A stretch of 64,000 bases of DNA from positions 4,000 through 67,999 of the forward strand of contig JBKPTE010000018.1 of assembly GCA_046735335.1 (NCBI GenBank). Direction: 5' to 3'. The stretch comes from Acidobacteriota bacterium. Lineage in GTDB: Bacteria > Acidobacteriota > Vicinamibacteria > Vicinamibacterales > 2-12-FULL-66-21. The notes beneath the pieces are model-generated. The model was not told the origin of the DNA and did not search any database. It worked only from the letters and a program-made list of their open reading frames with translations. Shown one piece after another: positions 46,869-57,713 of the stretch; position 1 is the stretch's first letter, and each line of letters opens with the position of its first letter. The translations under genes were made by a program, and so were the position numbers.

Positions 46869-48903
46869 TCTTTCCAAGCTTCACCAAGACAGCTCCATGC
46901 CGCGGCACCGTGGTCGTATAGGCATCCGTCACGGCGGGCACATCCTTCTGGGTCCACAGCAGTCGAACCGGCTGCGAGCCCGTGAGCCCGAGATCCGACA
47001 GCTTGACGGTCATCGAGACCGGGACGGGACCGCGGTTGAACAAGCCCACCGCCATCGTGCCGTCCTCGAGCGGACGCGCCCAGACCTGGGTCCACCCGTC
47101 GCTCGCGATGCGTCCTGCGGCCTTGCCGAGGACGTCCTGATCGACGCCGAGCACCTCGCGGTTGCCGAGCAGGTCGATCGTGAACGTGTCCCCCTGCGAC
47201 AGATCCGCGCCGATCAGCATCGGCGCGGCCTGCAGCGCCCAGAGGGAAATGTGCGTGATCTGCTCGTCGGGCGTCAACTGCGTCGGGCGGGGCGATTCGC
47301 CGCGGCCCCACCCCACCATGCCGACGACGAGCATGTCGGTATCGTTCCAATGCCCCGGACCCGCGTACTTTTCATGTCCGGTCTGCTGAAAACCGATCGA
47401 CGACATCGACGGCCACGTATCGGTGATGTCTCCGGTGACGCGCCACAGGTTCCCGCCAACCTCATCGCCCCACTCCCACACGTTCCCCATGCCGTACTGG
47501 CACATCGAGAAGACGAAATCGCGGTCGAGCGTGTCGAGCGCGGCGCGCATGACCTGGTACGGCTTCTTCAAACCTTCGAGATTCGTCCGATCGGGCTGGA
47601 TCTCCGTGTACGAGCACCAGTCGTACTTGATGTAGTCGAATCCCCACTTGCTCCACGTCTTCGCGTCCTGCTCCTCGTGCTGCCAGCTTCCCGCGTACTT
47701 CTGCTGACACGTGCGCGGTCCAGGCGACGAATAGAGTCCGATCTTCAATCCCTTCGAATGGACGTAGTCCGTGAGCGCGTTCATGTCCGGAAACTTATCG
47801 TTCGAGGTGATCTCGCCGTCCGCATTCCGCGCGCCTTCCCAGGCGTCGTCGATGTTGACGTAGGTGTAGCCCTGTGCGGCGAGTCCGGTCGAGACGATCG
47901 CGTCCGCTGCCGCGCGCACCTTCGCATCGTCCACCTTTGCGGCCCACACGTTCCACGAGTTCCAGCCGAGCGGCGGGGTCAGCGCGAGCGCATCGGGCCC
48001 GGCGACGATCGTGATGTCGCCCGTGGTCTTGCCCTTCGGCCCGCTCACGGTGACGTGCACGGCGGTCCGGCCGGTCTCCTTCAGCGAGCCGCTGATGATT
48101 CCCGTCTTCGGATCGAGTTGCACGCCTGCCGGGAGATTCGCCGCCGAAAACGTCAGCGGGCCGTCGCCCCCAGCAGGAATGCGGAACAGGAACGGACGTC
48201 CGGGTGTGGCGCCGGTGATCCGCGGGTAATTCAATTGCGGCACGGAGGATCGGCTGGACGCGATTGGCGGAGGAGCACCCGCCTCCGGCTGCACGACGCG
48301 AGGCTTCTCCTGGCGACCCGGCACCATCGTGATGACGGCACCGGCCCACTCCGCGCTGTCGCCCTGCGTTCCGTCGTTCGCGTCAATCGTCGCGAGCACG
48401 AGCCGCTTCGCGCCGGTGAGGTCGACCGAGAGCATCTTCGGCGCGTCGCCGCCGCGCATGACGCCGGTGTCTTCGATCTTCTTTCCGTCGACCCACACGC
48501 CGAAGATCACGCTTCCCTGCGGCGCCTTCACGCTGTCGTCGATCCCGACCATGGCCATGAAGCGCGCCGCCGCCCCCCCGAGATCGATTTCCAGATCGCC
48601 GTCGGACTGAAGCGGTACCGCGTGCGGGTAGGTGATGCCGCCGAGCACGAACGTCAGCGGCGGCGGAGGCGCCGTTTGTCCGCGGCCGCCGCGCGGCCGG
48701 CGCAGCGGAGCGATGGTCAGGTCGAGACTGTCGAGCCAGACGCCGTTCGGCGGAGAGTCATTCCCCTGCAGCGCGTTCGTGGATCCCTGTAGTGCGCTCG
48801 TGGCCGCGGGCCTCTCGGGCCCGCGCGCTGCCGCCGCGTGTCCGAACGCACCGGCAACGACCAGCGCGGCAATAGAGGCGATCGCGGGTGCGGGGTTCGT
48901 CAT
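46858..48903 (-). CDS. GH27 alpha-galactosidase-like enzyme with NPCBM and Ig domains
   Basis: LTPPLGWNSWN, IDDAW, YIKYDWC, WRVTGDI, GHWNDTDML. Confidence 0.92.
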   Translation of the reverse strand: MTNPAPAIASIAALVVAGAFGHAAAARGPERPAATSALQGSTNALQGNDSPPNGVWLDSLDLTIAPLRRPRGGRGQTAPPPPLTFVLGGITYPHAVPLQSDGDLEIDLGGAAARFMAMVGIDDSVKAPQGSVIFGVWVDGKKIEDTGVMRGGDAPKMLSVDLTGAKRLVLATIDANDGTQGDSAEWAGAVITMVPGRQEKPRVVQPEAGAPPPIASSRSSVPQLNYPRITGATPGRPFLFRIPAGGDGPLTFSAANLPAGVQLDPKTGIISGSLKETGRTAVHVTVSGPKGKTTGDITIVAGPDALALTPPLGWNSWNVWAAKVDDAKVRAAADAIVSTGLAAQGYTYVNIDDAWEGARNADGEITSNDKFPDMNALTDYVHSKGLKIGLYSSPGPRTCQQKYAGSWQHEEQDAKTWSKWGFDYIKYDWCSYTEIQPDRTNLEGLKKPYQVMRAALDTLDRDFVFSMCQYGMGNVWEWGDEVGGNLWRVTGDITDTWPSMSSIGFQQTGHEKYAGPGHWNDTDMLVVGMVGWGRGESPRPTQLTPDEQITHISLWALQAAPMLIGADLSQGDTFTIDLLGNREVLGVDQDVLGKAAGRIASDGWTQVWARPLEDGTMAVGLFNRGPVPVSMTVKLSDLGLTGSQPVRLLWTQKDVPAVTDAYTTTVPRHGAVLVKLGKRRA

Positions 48904-48928
48904 GATCCGGCAGGTTATCGTACGCCCG

Positions 48929-49261
48929 TTACGGCTGCCCGCCGTCGCGCGGCCGCTCGTCGACGCGCGTACCTTCCCAGAGCGGCGCGCCGGTGAGCGC
49001 CGCCGCGCGCGCGATCACGTGTGCGCCGACCGAGGTCGTCAACATCGTAAATGCGGCGATGCTGATCGCGCGGATGACCACCCACGCATCGGGCCTGAGC
49101 AGCACGAGACCTGCGAGGAGGCATCCGAGCCCGAGCGTCGATGCCTTCGTGGACGCCTGCATCCGCGTGAACACGTCCGGCATGCGCAGGACGCCGATGC
49201 CGGCGAGCAGCGCGAGCGTGGCGCCCGCGACGAAGAAGACGCTGGCGATCGCCGCGATCAT
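48929..49261 (-). CDS. mrpG: Mrp Na+/H+ antiporter subunit G
   Basis: GVLRMPDVFTRMQASTKASTLG, AHVIARAA. Confidence 0.92.
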   Translation of the reverse strand: MIAAIASVFFVAGATLALLAGIGVLRMPDVFTRMQASTKASTLGLGCLLAGLVLLRPDAWVVIRAISIAAFTMLTTSVGAHVIARAAALTGAPLWEGTRVDERPRDGGQP

Positions 49262-49524
49262 GACCGTCCTTCCCGCTCGACGTATCGCGCATAGGCGACC
49301 GTTCCCACGAAGCTGACCAGCGCGATGACCATCGCAACGTCCAGGAACGCGTGCTCGCCCGTCGCCGCCGCCGTCACGACGGTCAGCCCGACGATCAGGA
49401 CGCCGATCAGGTCGAGTGAAATGACGCGATCCGGCACCGTGGGACCGCGCAGCACGCGCACGAGCGAGAAGATCGCCGCCAGCGCGAGGAGCGCCAGGGT
49501 CAGCGGCATCACGACGTTCAGCAT
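49258..49524 (-). CDS. mrpF: Mrp antiporter subunit F
   Basis: RGPTVPDRVISLD, FVGTVAYARY. Confidence 0.92.
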   Translation of the reverse strand: MLNVVMPLTLALLALAAIFSLVRVLRGPTVPDRVISLDLIGVLIVGLTVVTAAATGEHAFLDVAMVIALVSFVGTVAYARYVEREGRS

Positions 49525-49532
49525 GGGACTCC

Positions 49533-50006
49533 TCAGGCTAGCAGATCGAGGACGCGGCGCTCGAATCCGCGTTTGATCTCGTCGCGCGCCGCGTCCGGGG
49601 TGTCGATGTACATGACGTGCACGTAAAGGGTGCGCCGATCGGGTGACACGTCGAGCGCGACGCTCCCGGGCGTCAGGTTGATCAGCATGGAGAGCAGCAG
49701 GATCTCGGAGTCGCGGGTCGCGTCGAGCGGGACCGCAATGATGCCGGGCTTCATGTAGAAGCGCGGCGTCGCGACGTCCACCGCCAGCCGGAGATTCGCG
49801 CGAGCGAGCTCCCACGCGAAATACGCGACGAGGCCGACGGCGACGTGCAGCCGGCCGATGTACCGCGACTCGGCGAGCACGTGGCCTTTCATCAGAAACA
49901 GGAGGACGGCATAGCCGACCGCGTACCCGATGAGCAGGTTCCCGAGCGTGAACTCTCCCTGGAGCGCCGTCCACGCGAGCGCGAGCAGGAGATTCGCGAG
50001 CAGCAC
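49533..50006 (-). CDS. mrpE: Mrp antiporter subunit E
   Basis: PGIIAVP, INLTPGS, LYVHVM. Confidence 0.92.
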   Translation of the reverse strand: MLLANLLLALAWTALQGEFTLGNLLIGYAVGYAVLLFLMKGHVLAESRYIGRLHVAVGLVAYFAWELARANLRLAVDVATPRFYMKPGIIAVPLDATRDSEILLLSMLINLTPGSVALDVSPDRRTLYVHVMYIDTPDAARDEIKRGFERRVLDLLA

Positions 50007-50008
50007 GA

Positions 50009-51484
50009 TCAGCGCCCTCCGAGCACGGCCTGCACGTACGCCGCGGGCCGCAGCAACTCGTCAGCCGCGCGCATCGTGAGATCGAACACGGGCCCGGCGG
50101 CGATCGTCAACCCCAGCGTCAACGCGGCAAGCACGGCGGCCGGCAACACGACGAGGCGATCGAGGCGTCCGTAGCCCGAGTGCGGCGGAGCGGGCTTCCA
50201 GAACGCCTCGTCCCAGAGCCTCGCCATCGACAGGAGCGTCAGCAGGCTGACGGTCAGCGCAATCCCGGCAATCCAGTAGTGCGCGCTCGCCAGCGCGGCT
50301 GCGATGATGCCAAGCTTCGCGATGAATCCCGACAGCGGCGGCACGCCGGCGAGCGAGAACACCGGCACCATCGCGAGCGCGGCGACGATCGGCTGGCTCT
50401 GGAAGAGTCCTCCGAGCGCGCCGAGATTCGCGGTCCGGCGCTGACGCAGGAACCATCCGCCCACAAGGAACAGCGCCGTGATGACGAGGATGTGGTGGAC
50501 CATGTAGAGAATCGACGCCGCGAGCGCTTCCTGCGTTCGCAAGGCGAGTCCCACTGTGGTGTAGCCAATGTGCCCCACGAGATTGAACGAAAGCACCCGC
50601 CTGAAATCGATCTGTCCGAGCGCGGCCATCAACCCGACGATCATCGTCGCTGCCGAGAGCACGAGCAGCACGCCGTACACCGGATGGGTGTTGCCGTCGA
50701 AGAGAAGGGGAAAGATGCGAATCATCGCGTAGACGCCCACCTTCGTCAGGAGACCGGCGAACAGCGCGCCAACCGCCGGCGGCGGCGTCGGATACGACGC
50801 TGGCAGCCAGAAGAACAGCGGAAACAGACCGGCCTTGATGCCGAATGCGGTCAGGAACAGCGCCGAGAGCGCAGCGTCGAGCGCCGGCGTGCGCCGTTCG
50901 GGCCACGCGCGCGCGAGATCCGCCAGGTTGAGCGTCCCCGCCTGGCCGTAGAGCAGGCCGATCGCCGTCAGTAGGAACGCGGAGGCCAGCAGGTTGAGCG
51001 CGACATAGATGAACGCCGCCTGGAGCTGGGCTCGCGTGCGGTGCAGCGCCATCAGGACGAACGAGGCGATCAGCATCACCTCGAACCAGACGTACAGGTT
51101 GAACAGGTCGCCGGTGAGGAACGCGCCGCAGACGCCCATCAGCAGCACGTGAATGAGCGCGTGATATCCGAGCGCGGCGCGGCGCGGATCGACGCCCGAA
51201 AACGACTGCGCCGTCACGACTGCGCCGACGATGCCGACCATCACGATCAGGAGGGCGCTGAACGTATCCGCGACGAGCGTGATGCCGAAGGGCGCAGGCC
51301 ATCCGCCAATCTGGAGCACTTGCGTTCCGTGGCTGACGACCAAGGCGAGAATCGCGATCCCTGCGGCAAGAATTCCCAGCGCGCCGCCGAACGCCACGCC
51401 CTGCAGCAGCCGCGGCCGGTACGGCAGGAGCTGCAGCGCAATCGCCGTCGCGAGCGGGAGCGCGATCGGCAGGACGAGCAGCAT
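50009..51484 (-). CDS. mrpD: Mrp antiporter subunit D
   Basis: GDLFNLYVWFEV, KAGLFP, LLTKVGVY, GVPPLSGFIAK. Confidence 0.94.
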   Translation of the reverse strand: MLLVLPIALPLATAIALQLLPYRPRLLQGVAFGGALGILAAGIAILALVVSHGTQVLQIGGWPAPFGITLVADTFSALLIVMVGIVGAVVTAQSFSGVDPRRAALGYHALIHVLLMGVCGAFLTGDLFNLYVWFEVMLIASFVLMALHRTRAQLQAAFIYVALNLLASAFLLTAIGLLYGQAGTLNLADLARAWPERRTPALDAALSALFLTAFGIKAGLFPLFFWLPASYPTPPPAVGALFAGLLTKVGVYAMIRIFPLLFDGNTHPVYGVLLVLSAATMIVGLMAALGQIDFRRVLSFNLVGHIGYTTVGLALRTQEALAASILYMVHHILVITALFLVGGWFLRQRRTANLGALGGLFQSQPIVAALAMVPVFSLAGVPPLSGFIAKLGIIAAALASAHYWIAGIALTVSLLTLLSMARLWDEAFWKPAPPHSGYGRLDRLVVLPAAVLAALTLGLTIAAGPVFDLTMRAADELLRPAAYVQAVLGGR

Positions 51485-51843
51485 CAGTCGCGATCCGGCA
51501 CGATGCGATCGATGTCTTCGGTTGCGGCCGACACGTGGACGCGATGCGCGAGCACGAGCGCGAACGCGAGGACGCCGAATCCAATGACGATCGCGGTGAG
51601 GATCAGCGACTGCGGTACGGGGTCGGCAAAGGGCGTGGCGCCTCTAAAGAGGCGCCCTACATCGCCTTCTGGAATCAGCGGCGGCCAGTTCCGCGTGAGC
51701 CCTGCGGCCGTGAAGATGAGGAGGTTCGATCCGTGCGAGAGCAGCGCGAGGCCGATGATCAGCTGCGCGAGGCGGCGCCTCAGCATCAGGTACAGTCCGG
51801 TGGCGTACAGCACGCCCGAGACGATCGCCAGGAGCAGTTCCAC
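51484..51843 (-). CDS. mrpC: Mrp antiporter subunit C
   Basis: DPVPQSLILTAIVIGF. Confidence 0.93.
   Translation of the reverse strand: MELLLAIVSGVLYATGLYLMLRRRLAQLIIGLALLSHGSNLLIFTAAGLTRNWPPLIPEGDVGRLFRGATPFADPVPQSLILTAIVIGFGVLAFALVLAHRVHVSAATEDIDRIVPDRD
51637..51660 (-). repeat. GTAG-type REP palindrome in frame inside mrpC (VGRLFRGA)
   Basis: minus strand GTAG-GGCGCCTCT-TT-AGAGGCGCC. Confidence 0.8.
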
Positions 51844-51844
51844 G

Positions 51845-52264
51845 TCACTCCTCCTGCGACGCGAGGTCGATCAGCATGAACGCTATCGTCAACACGACGC
51901 CGATGACGGCAAGGAAGACGCCGACGTCGAAGACGAGCGGCGTCCCGACGGGGACGCCCGCGCCGCCAAGGGTTCCCCACAGTGCGCTCATGAACGGCCT
52001 GCCCATGAAGGCGGACGGCAGCACGCTGGCGAGCGCGACCGAGAGGCCGATGCCCAGCAGCGTCGACGCGTCGATCATCAGGACGCGGCGCGACGCCTCG
52101 ACGCCGTACGCCGTGGCGTGGAGGATGAACGCCGCCGACACGACGAGGCCGCCGACGAAACCGCCGCCCGGCGCGTTGTGCCCGCGCAGGAGGAGAAAGA
52201 CGGCAAACAGCAACAGCAGCGGCATCAGGACGCGCGTCGCGGTCTGGAGAATCGAGGACCTCAC
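51845..52264 (-). CDS. mrpB: Mrp antiporter subunit B
   Basis: [23 protein letters not shown]. Confidence 0.93.
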   Translation of the reverse strand: MRSSILQTATRVLMPLLLLFAVFLLLRGHNAPGGGFVGGLVVSAAFILHATAYGVEASRRVLMIDASTLLGIGLSVALASVLPSAFMGRPFMSALWGTLGGAGVPVGTPLVFDVGVFLAVIGVVLTIAFMLIDLASQEE

Positions 52265-54558
52265 GACCGCCGCTCCAGGCTGATGCTGAGGAGCGCGCGT
52301 ACGCCGATCGCCACCGTCACCAGCACGGTGATCTCCCCCATCGTGTCGAACCCGCGGAAGTCCACGAGAATGACGTTCACGATGTTGCGGCCGTGGGCGA
52401 GGACGGGCGCATTCTCCGCGAAGTACGACGACAGGCGCGACGAGGTCCCGGAAGCGCCGACGAACAGCACGAGCGTGGTGATCACGGCGCCCGCCGCGAG
52501 CGCGACGATCGCGTCCCGCGATCGGACCAGCGTGCTCGACAGCTCGCTGAAATCGCGATGCCGCCGGAAGACGAGGACGAAGATGACGACCGTGAGCGTC
52601 TCGACGGCGAACTGCGTCATCGCCAGGTCGGGCGCGCCGAACAGCGCATAGATGAGCGCCACGCCGTAGCCGACCGCCCCAAGCGAGAGGACCGCCCCCA
52701 TCGTCGATCGCGCCTGCGACGCGGCGACGGCGGCCACCGCGACGAGTAACACGACGAGCGCCTCGTGAACGTGAATGGGCGTCCACCGGTTCGGCGCGGG
52801 GAGTCCGCGCGCCGTCGCCAGCGCCGCGACGACGAGCGCGACGGCCGTCGCGATGACGAGGAGCAGGTATCGCCGCAACGAGGCGCTCTGCAGCATCGGC
52901 GCCAGCACGTTGCTCGCCCGATCCAGGACCGCCAGCGTGCCGGAATACAGGCGCTCCGCGCGGATGTCGTAGCGCGCACCTTTAGTTGCGCGGACGATCG
53001 CGGCGTAGCGCGGAACCTTAGTTCCGCGGAACACCCCAATCGCTCCCGCAAGCGTCAACAGGCTGAGCCACAGCGTCGGCGTGAAGCCATGCCACACCGC
53101 CAGGTGCACGGATGCTGGCGATCCAATGACGCGCGTGACCGCCAGCGCGACCGGCGCGTCCGCCAATCCCGGCAACACCCCGAGCGTGAGCCCGAGCGCG
53201 CCAAGCACCAGCGGAGCGAGCCAGAGTGAAACCGGCGCTTCATGGGCAGCCCGAGAAGGCGCGCCGACAAATGGACCGATGCCGGCCATGAGTCCCGCGG
53301 CCCCCAGGAGCGCGCTCGCAACCACCGCGACAGCGAGCAACAACACCGACCCCGAGACCGCGTCGTAGAATTGCTCCTTCGCGACGAACCCGACGAACAG
53401 CGGCACGCCGGTCATCGACAGGGCGGCCAGCGCTCCCGTGAGTGCGGTCAAGGGCATCTGCCGTCGAAGGCCGCTCAGCCGCGTCACGTCGCGCGTCCCG
53501 GTCTCGTGCTCGATGCCGCCGGCGACGAGGAACAGCGCGCCCTTGTAGCACGCGTGCGCGAGCAGATACACGAGCGCCGCGGCCACCGCATCCCGCGTAC
53601 CGATCCCGACGAGCAGCATCAGCACGCCGAGCGCGCTGACGGTCGAATACGCGAGGATGCGCTTCAGATCCCGCTCCACGACCGCCCTCCACGAACCGCC
53701 GATCATCGTGATCGCACCCGCGATCGCGATCGTGCCGGCCCAGAGCGCGGTCCCTCCCAGGATCGGCGTCATCCGCGCGGCCAGATAGACGCCTGCCTTC
53801 ACCATCGTTGCGGAGTGCAGATACGCGCTGACGGGCGTCGGCGCCTCCATCGCGTTCGGAAGCCAGAAATGGAACGGGAACTGCGCGGATTTGGTAAAGG
53901 CCGCGAGGAGCACGAGCACGGCGATCGCTCCATAGAGCGGGTGATCCACGAGCGTCGCGTGCCGCGCCAGCAGCTCGGACACGCTCGTCGTGCCGGTGAT
54001 CTGCGAGAGCAGCACGGCGGCCGCAAGCAGCGCGAGCCCGCCGGTTCCGGTCACGAGCAGCGCCTGCATCGCGGCCCGCCGCGCTTCGGAGCGCTCGTGC
54101 TCGAAGCCGATCAGGAAGTACGACGTGAAACCCGTCAGCTCCCAAAAGACGAAGAGCGCGATCACGTTGTCGCTCAACACCACACCGAGCATCGAGCCCA
54201 TGAACGCGAAGAGGAACACGTGAAACCGTCCCCGTAACGCGACGGCTTCCATGTACGTCGCCGCGTAGAGCACGACGAGCGTTCCGATTCCCGTGATGAC
54301 AATGGCGAAGAGAAGCCCGAGGCCGTCGAAATGAAAGCCGAGCGTGAGGCCGAGCGCCTCGGCCCACGGAAGCGATGCGGTGAACGGTCCGCTGACCGCC
54401 ACCGTCCGAAACATCACGACGAAGTAAATTGTGAGCGCTGCGGGAACGGTCGCGAGCGCGCTGGCGAGCCGCGAGCCGCGAGAGCCGGCCCAGCCGGCGA
54501 GCGGGAGCACGATGAACGGGCTCAGGACGAGCCCGACGTGAACCGGCGCGAGCGTCAA
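52261..54558 (-). CDS. mrpA: Mrp antiporter subunit A
   Basis: [45 protein letters not shown]. Confidence 0.95.
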   Translation of the reverse strand: MTLAPVHVGLVLSPFIVLPLAGWAGSRGSRLASALATVPAALTIYFVVMFRTVAVSGPFTASLPWAEALGLTLGFHFDGLGLLFAIVITGIGTLVVLYAATYMEAVALRGRFHVFLFAFMGSMLGVVLSDNVIALFVFWELTGFTSYFLIGFEHERSEARRAAMQALLVTGTGGLALLAAAVLLSQITGTTSVSELLARHATLVDHPLYGAIAVLVLLAAFTKSAQFPFHFWLPNAMEAPTPVSAYLHSATMVKAGVYLAARMTPILGGTALWAGTIAIAGAITMIGGSWRAVVERDLKRILAYSTVSALGVLMLLVGIGTRDAVAAALVYLLAHACYKGALFLVAGGIEHETGTRDVTRLSGLRRQMPLTALTGALAALSMTGVPLFVGFVAKEQFYDAVSGSVLLLAVAVVASALLGAAGLMAGIGPFVGAPSRAAHEAPVSLWLAPLVLGALGLTLGVLPGLADAPVALAVTRVIGSPASVHLAVWHGFTPTLWLSLLTLAGAIGVFRGTKVPRYAAIVRATKGARYDIRAERLYSGTLAVLDRASNVLAPMLQSASLRRYLLLVIATAVALVVAALATARGLPAPNRWTPIHVHEALVVLLVAVAAVAASQARSTMGAVLSLGAVGYGVALIYALFGAPDLAMTQFAVETLTVVIFVLVFRRHRDFSELSSTLVRSRDAIVALAAGAVITTLVLFVGASGTSSRLSSYFAENAPVLAHGRNIVNVILVDFRGFDTMGEITVLVTVAIGVRALLSISLERRS
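52969..53028 (+). repeat. two GTAG-type REP palindromes in frame inside mrpA
   Basis: GTAGCGCGCACCTTTAGTTGCGCG (52969-52992) and GTAG-CGCGGAAC-CTTA-GTTCCGCG (53005-53028). Confidence 0.8.
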
Positions 54559-54592
54559 GCCGCCACTATACCGGGATCACGTCGGATCGCGA

Positions 54593-56992
54593 TCACTCCG
54601 CGCGGAGCGCATCAATGGGGTTGACGCCGGTTGCCTGCCGCAGCGGTACGATCACCGCGACGATCGAGACGGCGATCAATGCGACGACGCCGATGCCGAG
54701 CGCGCGCGGATCCTGCGGCGCGACGCCGAAGAGCACGGTGCGAAGGAGCGGCGCCGACCAGAGCGTCAGCGCCAGGCCCGCTGCGACGCCGATGGCGACG
54801 AGGACGCTCGCGTTCGTGAGCACGCCGCGTGCGACGTCGCCCGTCGATGCGCCGAGCGCGAGCCGTACGCCGATTTCGCGGCGCCGTTCGGCGATCATGA
54901 GCATCAGCAGGCCGTAGAGCCCGAGGGCAGACAGCCCGAGCGCCGCGCCGGCGAAGACCGACAGCAGCTGCGAATCGAGCCGCGGTTGATCCAGCGAGGC
55001 GTCGACGATGTTGGACACGGGACGAAGACCGAACAGCGGCCGCGCGGGAGCGACGCTGCGAACGAGCTGACGAATCTCGGACGCAACGGCGCCTGCATTG
55101 CCGTCGGTACGGACGACGTACTCCGGATCGGGCCACGCGCCCGCTCCGATGCACACATAGAGGTAGGGCGACAGGGGCGCAGCGGGTCCGTCCTCGATGA
55201 CGTCGCCGACGACCCCGACGATCCGCCAGGCGCTCTGGGCAACCGGCATGCGCGCGGTGCGTCCGATCGGCGGAACGCCGCCCGCGAACTGATCCACGAA
55301 GCGCCTGTTGACGAGCGCCGTCCGCGGCGCGTTTACGCCCGCGCGAATGTCGGGACACCAGTCCCCCGCCACGAGCGGCACCTGCAGCGCATGAAGATAT
55401 CCGGGCGTCACGCTGCGCTCCCCCACCGTGAACATCCCGTTCTGATCCGGCCCAGTCAGTCCGTCCACGGCCATCTGGTATCGCAGCGTCGCGCCGGTCG
55501 CGGGCAGGAAGTTCGTGAATCCCGCCTCCCGAACGCCGGGCAATCGCTGCAGCTCGCGCACGAGCCGCTCCTGCAGCACGCCGAGCGCGTCGCGATCTTC
55601 GCCCCACGAGGCGCCCACGTGGAAGGTCAGGACGTTCTCCGTCGAGAAGCCCGTCTCGACCCGCGAGAGCGCGCCGTAGCTGCGAACGAGCAGGCCCGCG
55701 ACGCCGGTCAAAACCACGCCGAGCGCAATCTGCGCGATCACGAGCGTCCCCTGAAGACGGTGACGCGTGCCGACGAGGCCGCGGCCCGCCCCAGTCAGGA
55801 TGGGTGCCCCATGACGCCGCGTGGCGTGCAGCGCCGGCAGCAGACCGAAGAGCATCGCGGAGACGAATGACGCGACGGCGGAGAACACCAACGCGCGCGA
55901 GTCGAGGTGGGCTTCGGAGACTCGCGGGATGTCCGCAAAGATCCGCGTCAGGATCTGCGTCAGCCAGACGGCAATCGCCGTCCCGACGATCGCGCCGAGC
56001 AGCATCAGGAGGACGACCTCGCGCGCGATCGCGGCGACGACCTGTCCCCGCGACGCGCCGATCGCGCTCCGGATCGCCAGCTCCGGCGCGCGCCGGCGCA
56101 GTTGAACGAGCATCAGGCCGGCGGTGTTGCCTACCGCGATCAGCAGGAGCAGCGCAACGGCCGCGAGCAGGAGGATGAGCGCACGGCGGTAGTCCCCGAC
56201 GCGGACGTCCTTCAGGCTGCGCACCTCCACGCCCCAACCCTTGTCGGTGGACGGAAATTGCTCCGCGAGCGTCCGCTGCGTGCGCTCCAGATCCGCACGC
56301 GCCTGATCGAGGCTGACGCCGTGCTTCACGCGCCCGACGCCGCCGAGGAAGCGCGCCTCGCGGGCGTGCAGCAGTTGCGGCGAGAGCTGCGCGGGAAGCC
56401 AGACGTCGAGGGACGTCGGCGCAAACGCGGAGCCGCTTGCGAAGATCGAGGGCATCACGCCGACGATCGGCCAGTCGACGCCGCGGATCTTGAGCTGCCG
56501 GCTCGTCACATCCGGCGCGCGGCCATACCGGCGCGTCCAGTAGCCCTCGCTGATCACCGCGGCTTTCGGTCCGCTGTCGAGTTCCTCCGCATCGGCGAAT
56601 GCACGGCCGAGGATCGGCGTCATGCGGAAGACGTCGAAGTAGTGCGGCATGACGCGGCGTCCCGCGAGCCGCTCCGGCTCGCTGCCGCTCGTGTCGGTCA
56701 TGTTCTCGGAGTAGCTGCCCGAGATCGTGTCGAATGTCTTCGTCCGCCGATTCCAGTCGTCGATGCGCGCGGGCGCGACGAGGCTCACACGCTCGCGTCG
56801 CGAAGGAGCCGCTTCGTACACGGTGACGAGTTGATCGCCGTCAGGAAAGGGCAGCGGACGCAGGACGATGGCGTCGACGAGCGAGAACACGGCGGTAGTG
56901 ACGCCGATGCCGAGACCAATCGTCACGACGGCTGCGGCGGTGAACGCGCGTCGCCTCGCGAGCGCCCGCCAGGCCTGAGCAAACTTCCGCAT
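54593..56992 (-). CDS. ADOP-type duplicated ABC permease
   Basis: FSLVDAIVLRPLPF, ELAIRSAIGA, RREIGVRLALGA, NPIDALRAE. Confidence 0.9.
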   Translation of the reverse strand: MRKFAQAWRALARRRAFTAAAVVTIGLGIGVTTAVFSLVDAIVLRPLPFPDGDQLVTVYEAAPSRRERVSLVAPARIDDWNRRTKTFDTISGSYSENMTDTSGSEPERLAGRRVMPHYFDVFRMTPILGRAFADAEELDSGPKAAVISEGYWTRRYGRAPDVTSRQLKIRGVDWPIVGVMPSIFASGSAFAPTSLDVWLPAQLSPQLLHAREARFLGGVGRVKHGVSLDQARADLERTQRTLAEQFPSTDKGWGVEVRSLKDVRVGDYRRALILLLAAVALLLLIAVGNTAGLMLVQLRRRAPELAIRSAIGASRGQVVAAIAREVVLLMLLGAIVGTAIAVWLTQILTRIFADIPRVSEAHLDSRALVFSAVASFVSAMLFGLLPALHATRRHGAPILTGAGRGLVGTRHRLQGTLVIAQIALGVVLTGVAGLLVRSYGALSRVETGFSTENVLTFHVGASWGEDRDALGVLQERLVRELQRLPGVREAGFTNFLPATGATLRYQMAVDGLTGPDQNGMFTVGERSVTPGYLHALQVPLVAGDWCPDIRAGVNAPRTALVNRRFVDQFAGGVPPIGRTARMPVAQSAWRIVGVVGDVIEDGPAAPLSPYLYVCIGAGAWPDPEYVVRTDGNAGAVASEIRQLVRSVAPARPLFGLRPVSNIVDASLDQPRLDSQLLSVFAGAALGLSALGLYGLLMLMIAERRREIGVRLALGASTGDVARGVLTNASVLVAIGVAAGLALTLWSAPLLRTVLFGVAPQDPRALGIGVVALIAVSIVAVIVPLRQATGVNPIDALRAE

Positions 56993-57035
56993 GCCCCTTC
57001 GACGGTCCACCGCCGCGCCGGTTGACCGCCCCCGG

Positions 57036-57160
57036 GCTCTGACCCCGAGCTACGGGGCAAATTGCCACACCCGGGGGTCAGAGCTCGAGCGGCTGTTTCG
57101 CCGTAAGTCATGACCTCCGACCCACTAGTCGCCGACGCGCAGCTCGGGGGTCTGACCCCG
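57036..57160. repeat. inverted GCTCTGACCCC copies and GGGGTCTGACCCC palindrome
   Basis: 57036-57046 pairs with 57074-57084; same core as the 36646 array. Confidence 0.65.
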
Positions 57161-57193
57161 GTTTCGGGGCGTTGCGTCAACCGAGGTAGTCAC

Positions 57194-57232
57194 TTGACAA
57201 TTATTTCTAATAGTCATATTGTTATTTCCAAT
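57194..57232 (+). promoter_or_regulatory. sigma70 promoter overlapped by a repeated operator-like motif
   Basis: TTGACA-17nt-TATTGT; ATTATTTCTAAT (57200) and GTTATTTCCAAT (57221) 21 bp apart. Confidence 0.75.
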
Positions 57233-57236
57233 TGTA

Positions 57237-57713
57237 ATGACGATCGGCCAGAAGCTCCGCGCACTGCGCCATCTCGAGGGACATCTGCGGGGACTTGGGC
57301 GCGAGATGACGCAGAGCGAAGTCGCGCGAGCGATCGAAGCGGAGCTCGGCGATCGCATCAGCCAGTCGTATCTCTCGCTCATCGAGAACGACTCGCGCCC
57401 TCACCTGTCATCCCACTCGCGCGGCCTGCTCGCGCGCTTCTTCAAAGTTCACCCCGGGTACCTCGTCAGCGATCCGCCCGGATACCGTACCGAGCTCAGT
57501 CCCGAAGTCGGCGGCATCGAGAACACCGTCGACCGCTGGCTCTTCGACGGAGCGGCGCGGTTCGCCAGCGACCAGGCGCTCAGCGCGGCGCTCGAGCGTG
57601 TCGCCGGATCCGACGATTCGCGCGGCTGCCTGCTGCTGCTCGGAGAGCTCCTCGCGGTCCCGGGCCTCATCGATCAACTGTCGAAGACGCTGATGGCAAA
57701 GGAGCGTCCATGA
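57237..57713 (+). CDS. XRE-family HTH transcriptional regulator
   Basis: IGQKLRALR...MTQSEVA...ISQSYLSLIEN. Confidence 0.88.
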   Translation: MTIGQKLRALRHLEGHLRGLGREMTQSEVARAIEAELGDRISQSYLSLIENDSRPHLSSHSRGLLARFFKVHPGYLVSDPPGYRTELSPEVGGIENTVDRWLFDGAARFASDQALSAALERVAGSDDSRGCLLLLGELLAVPGLIDQLSKTLMAKERP

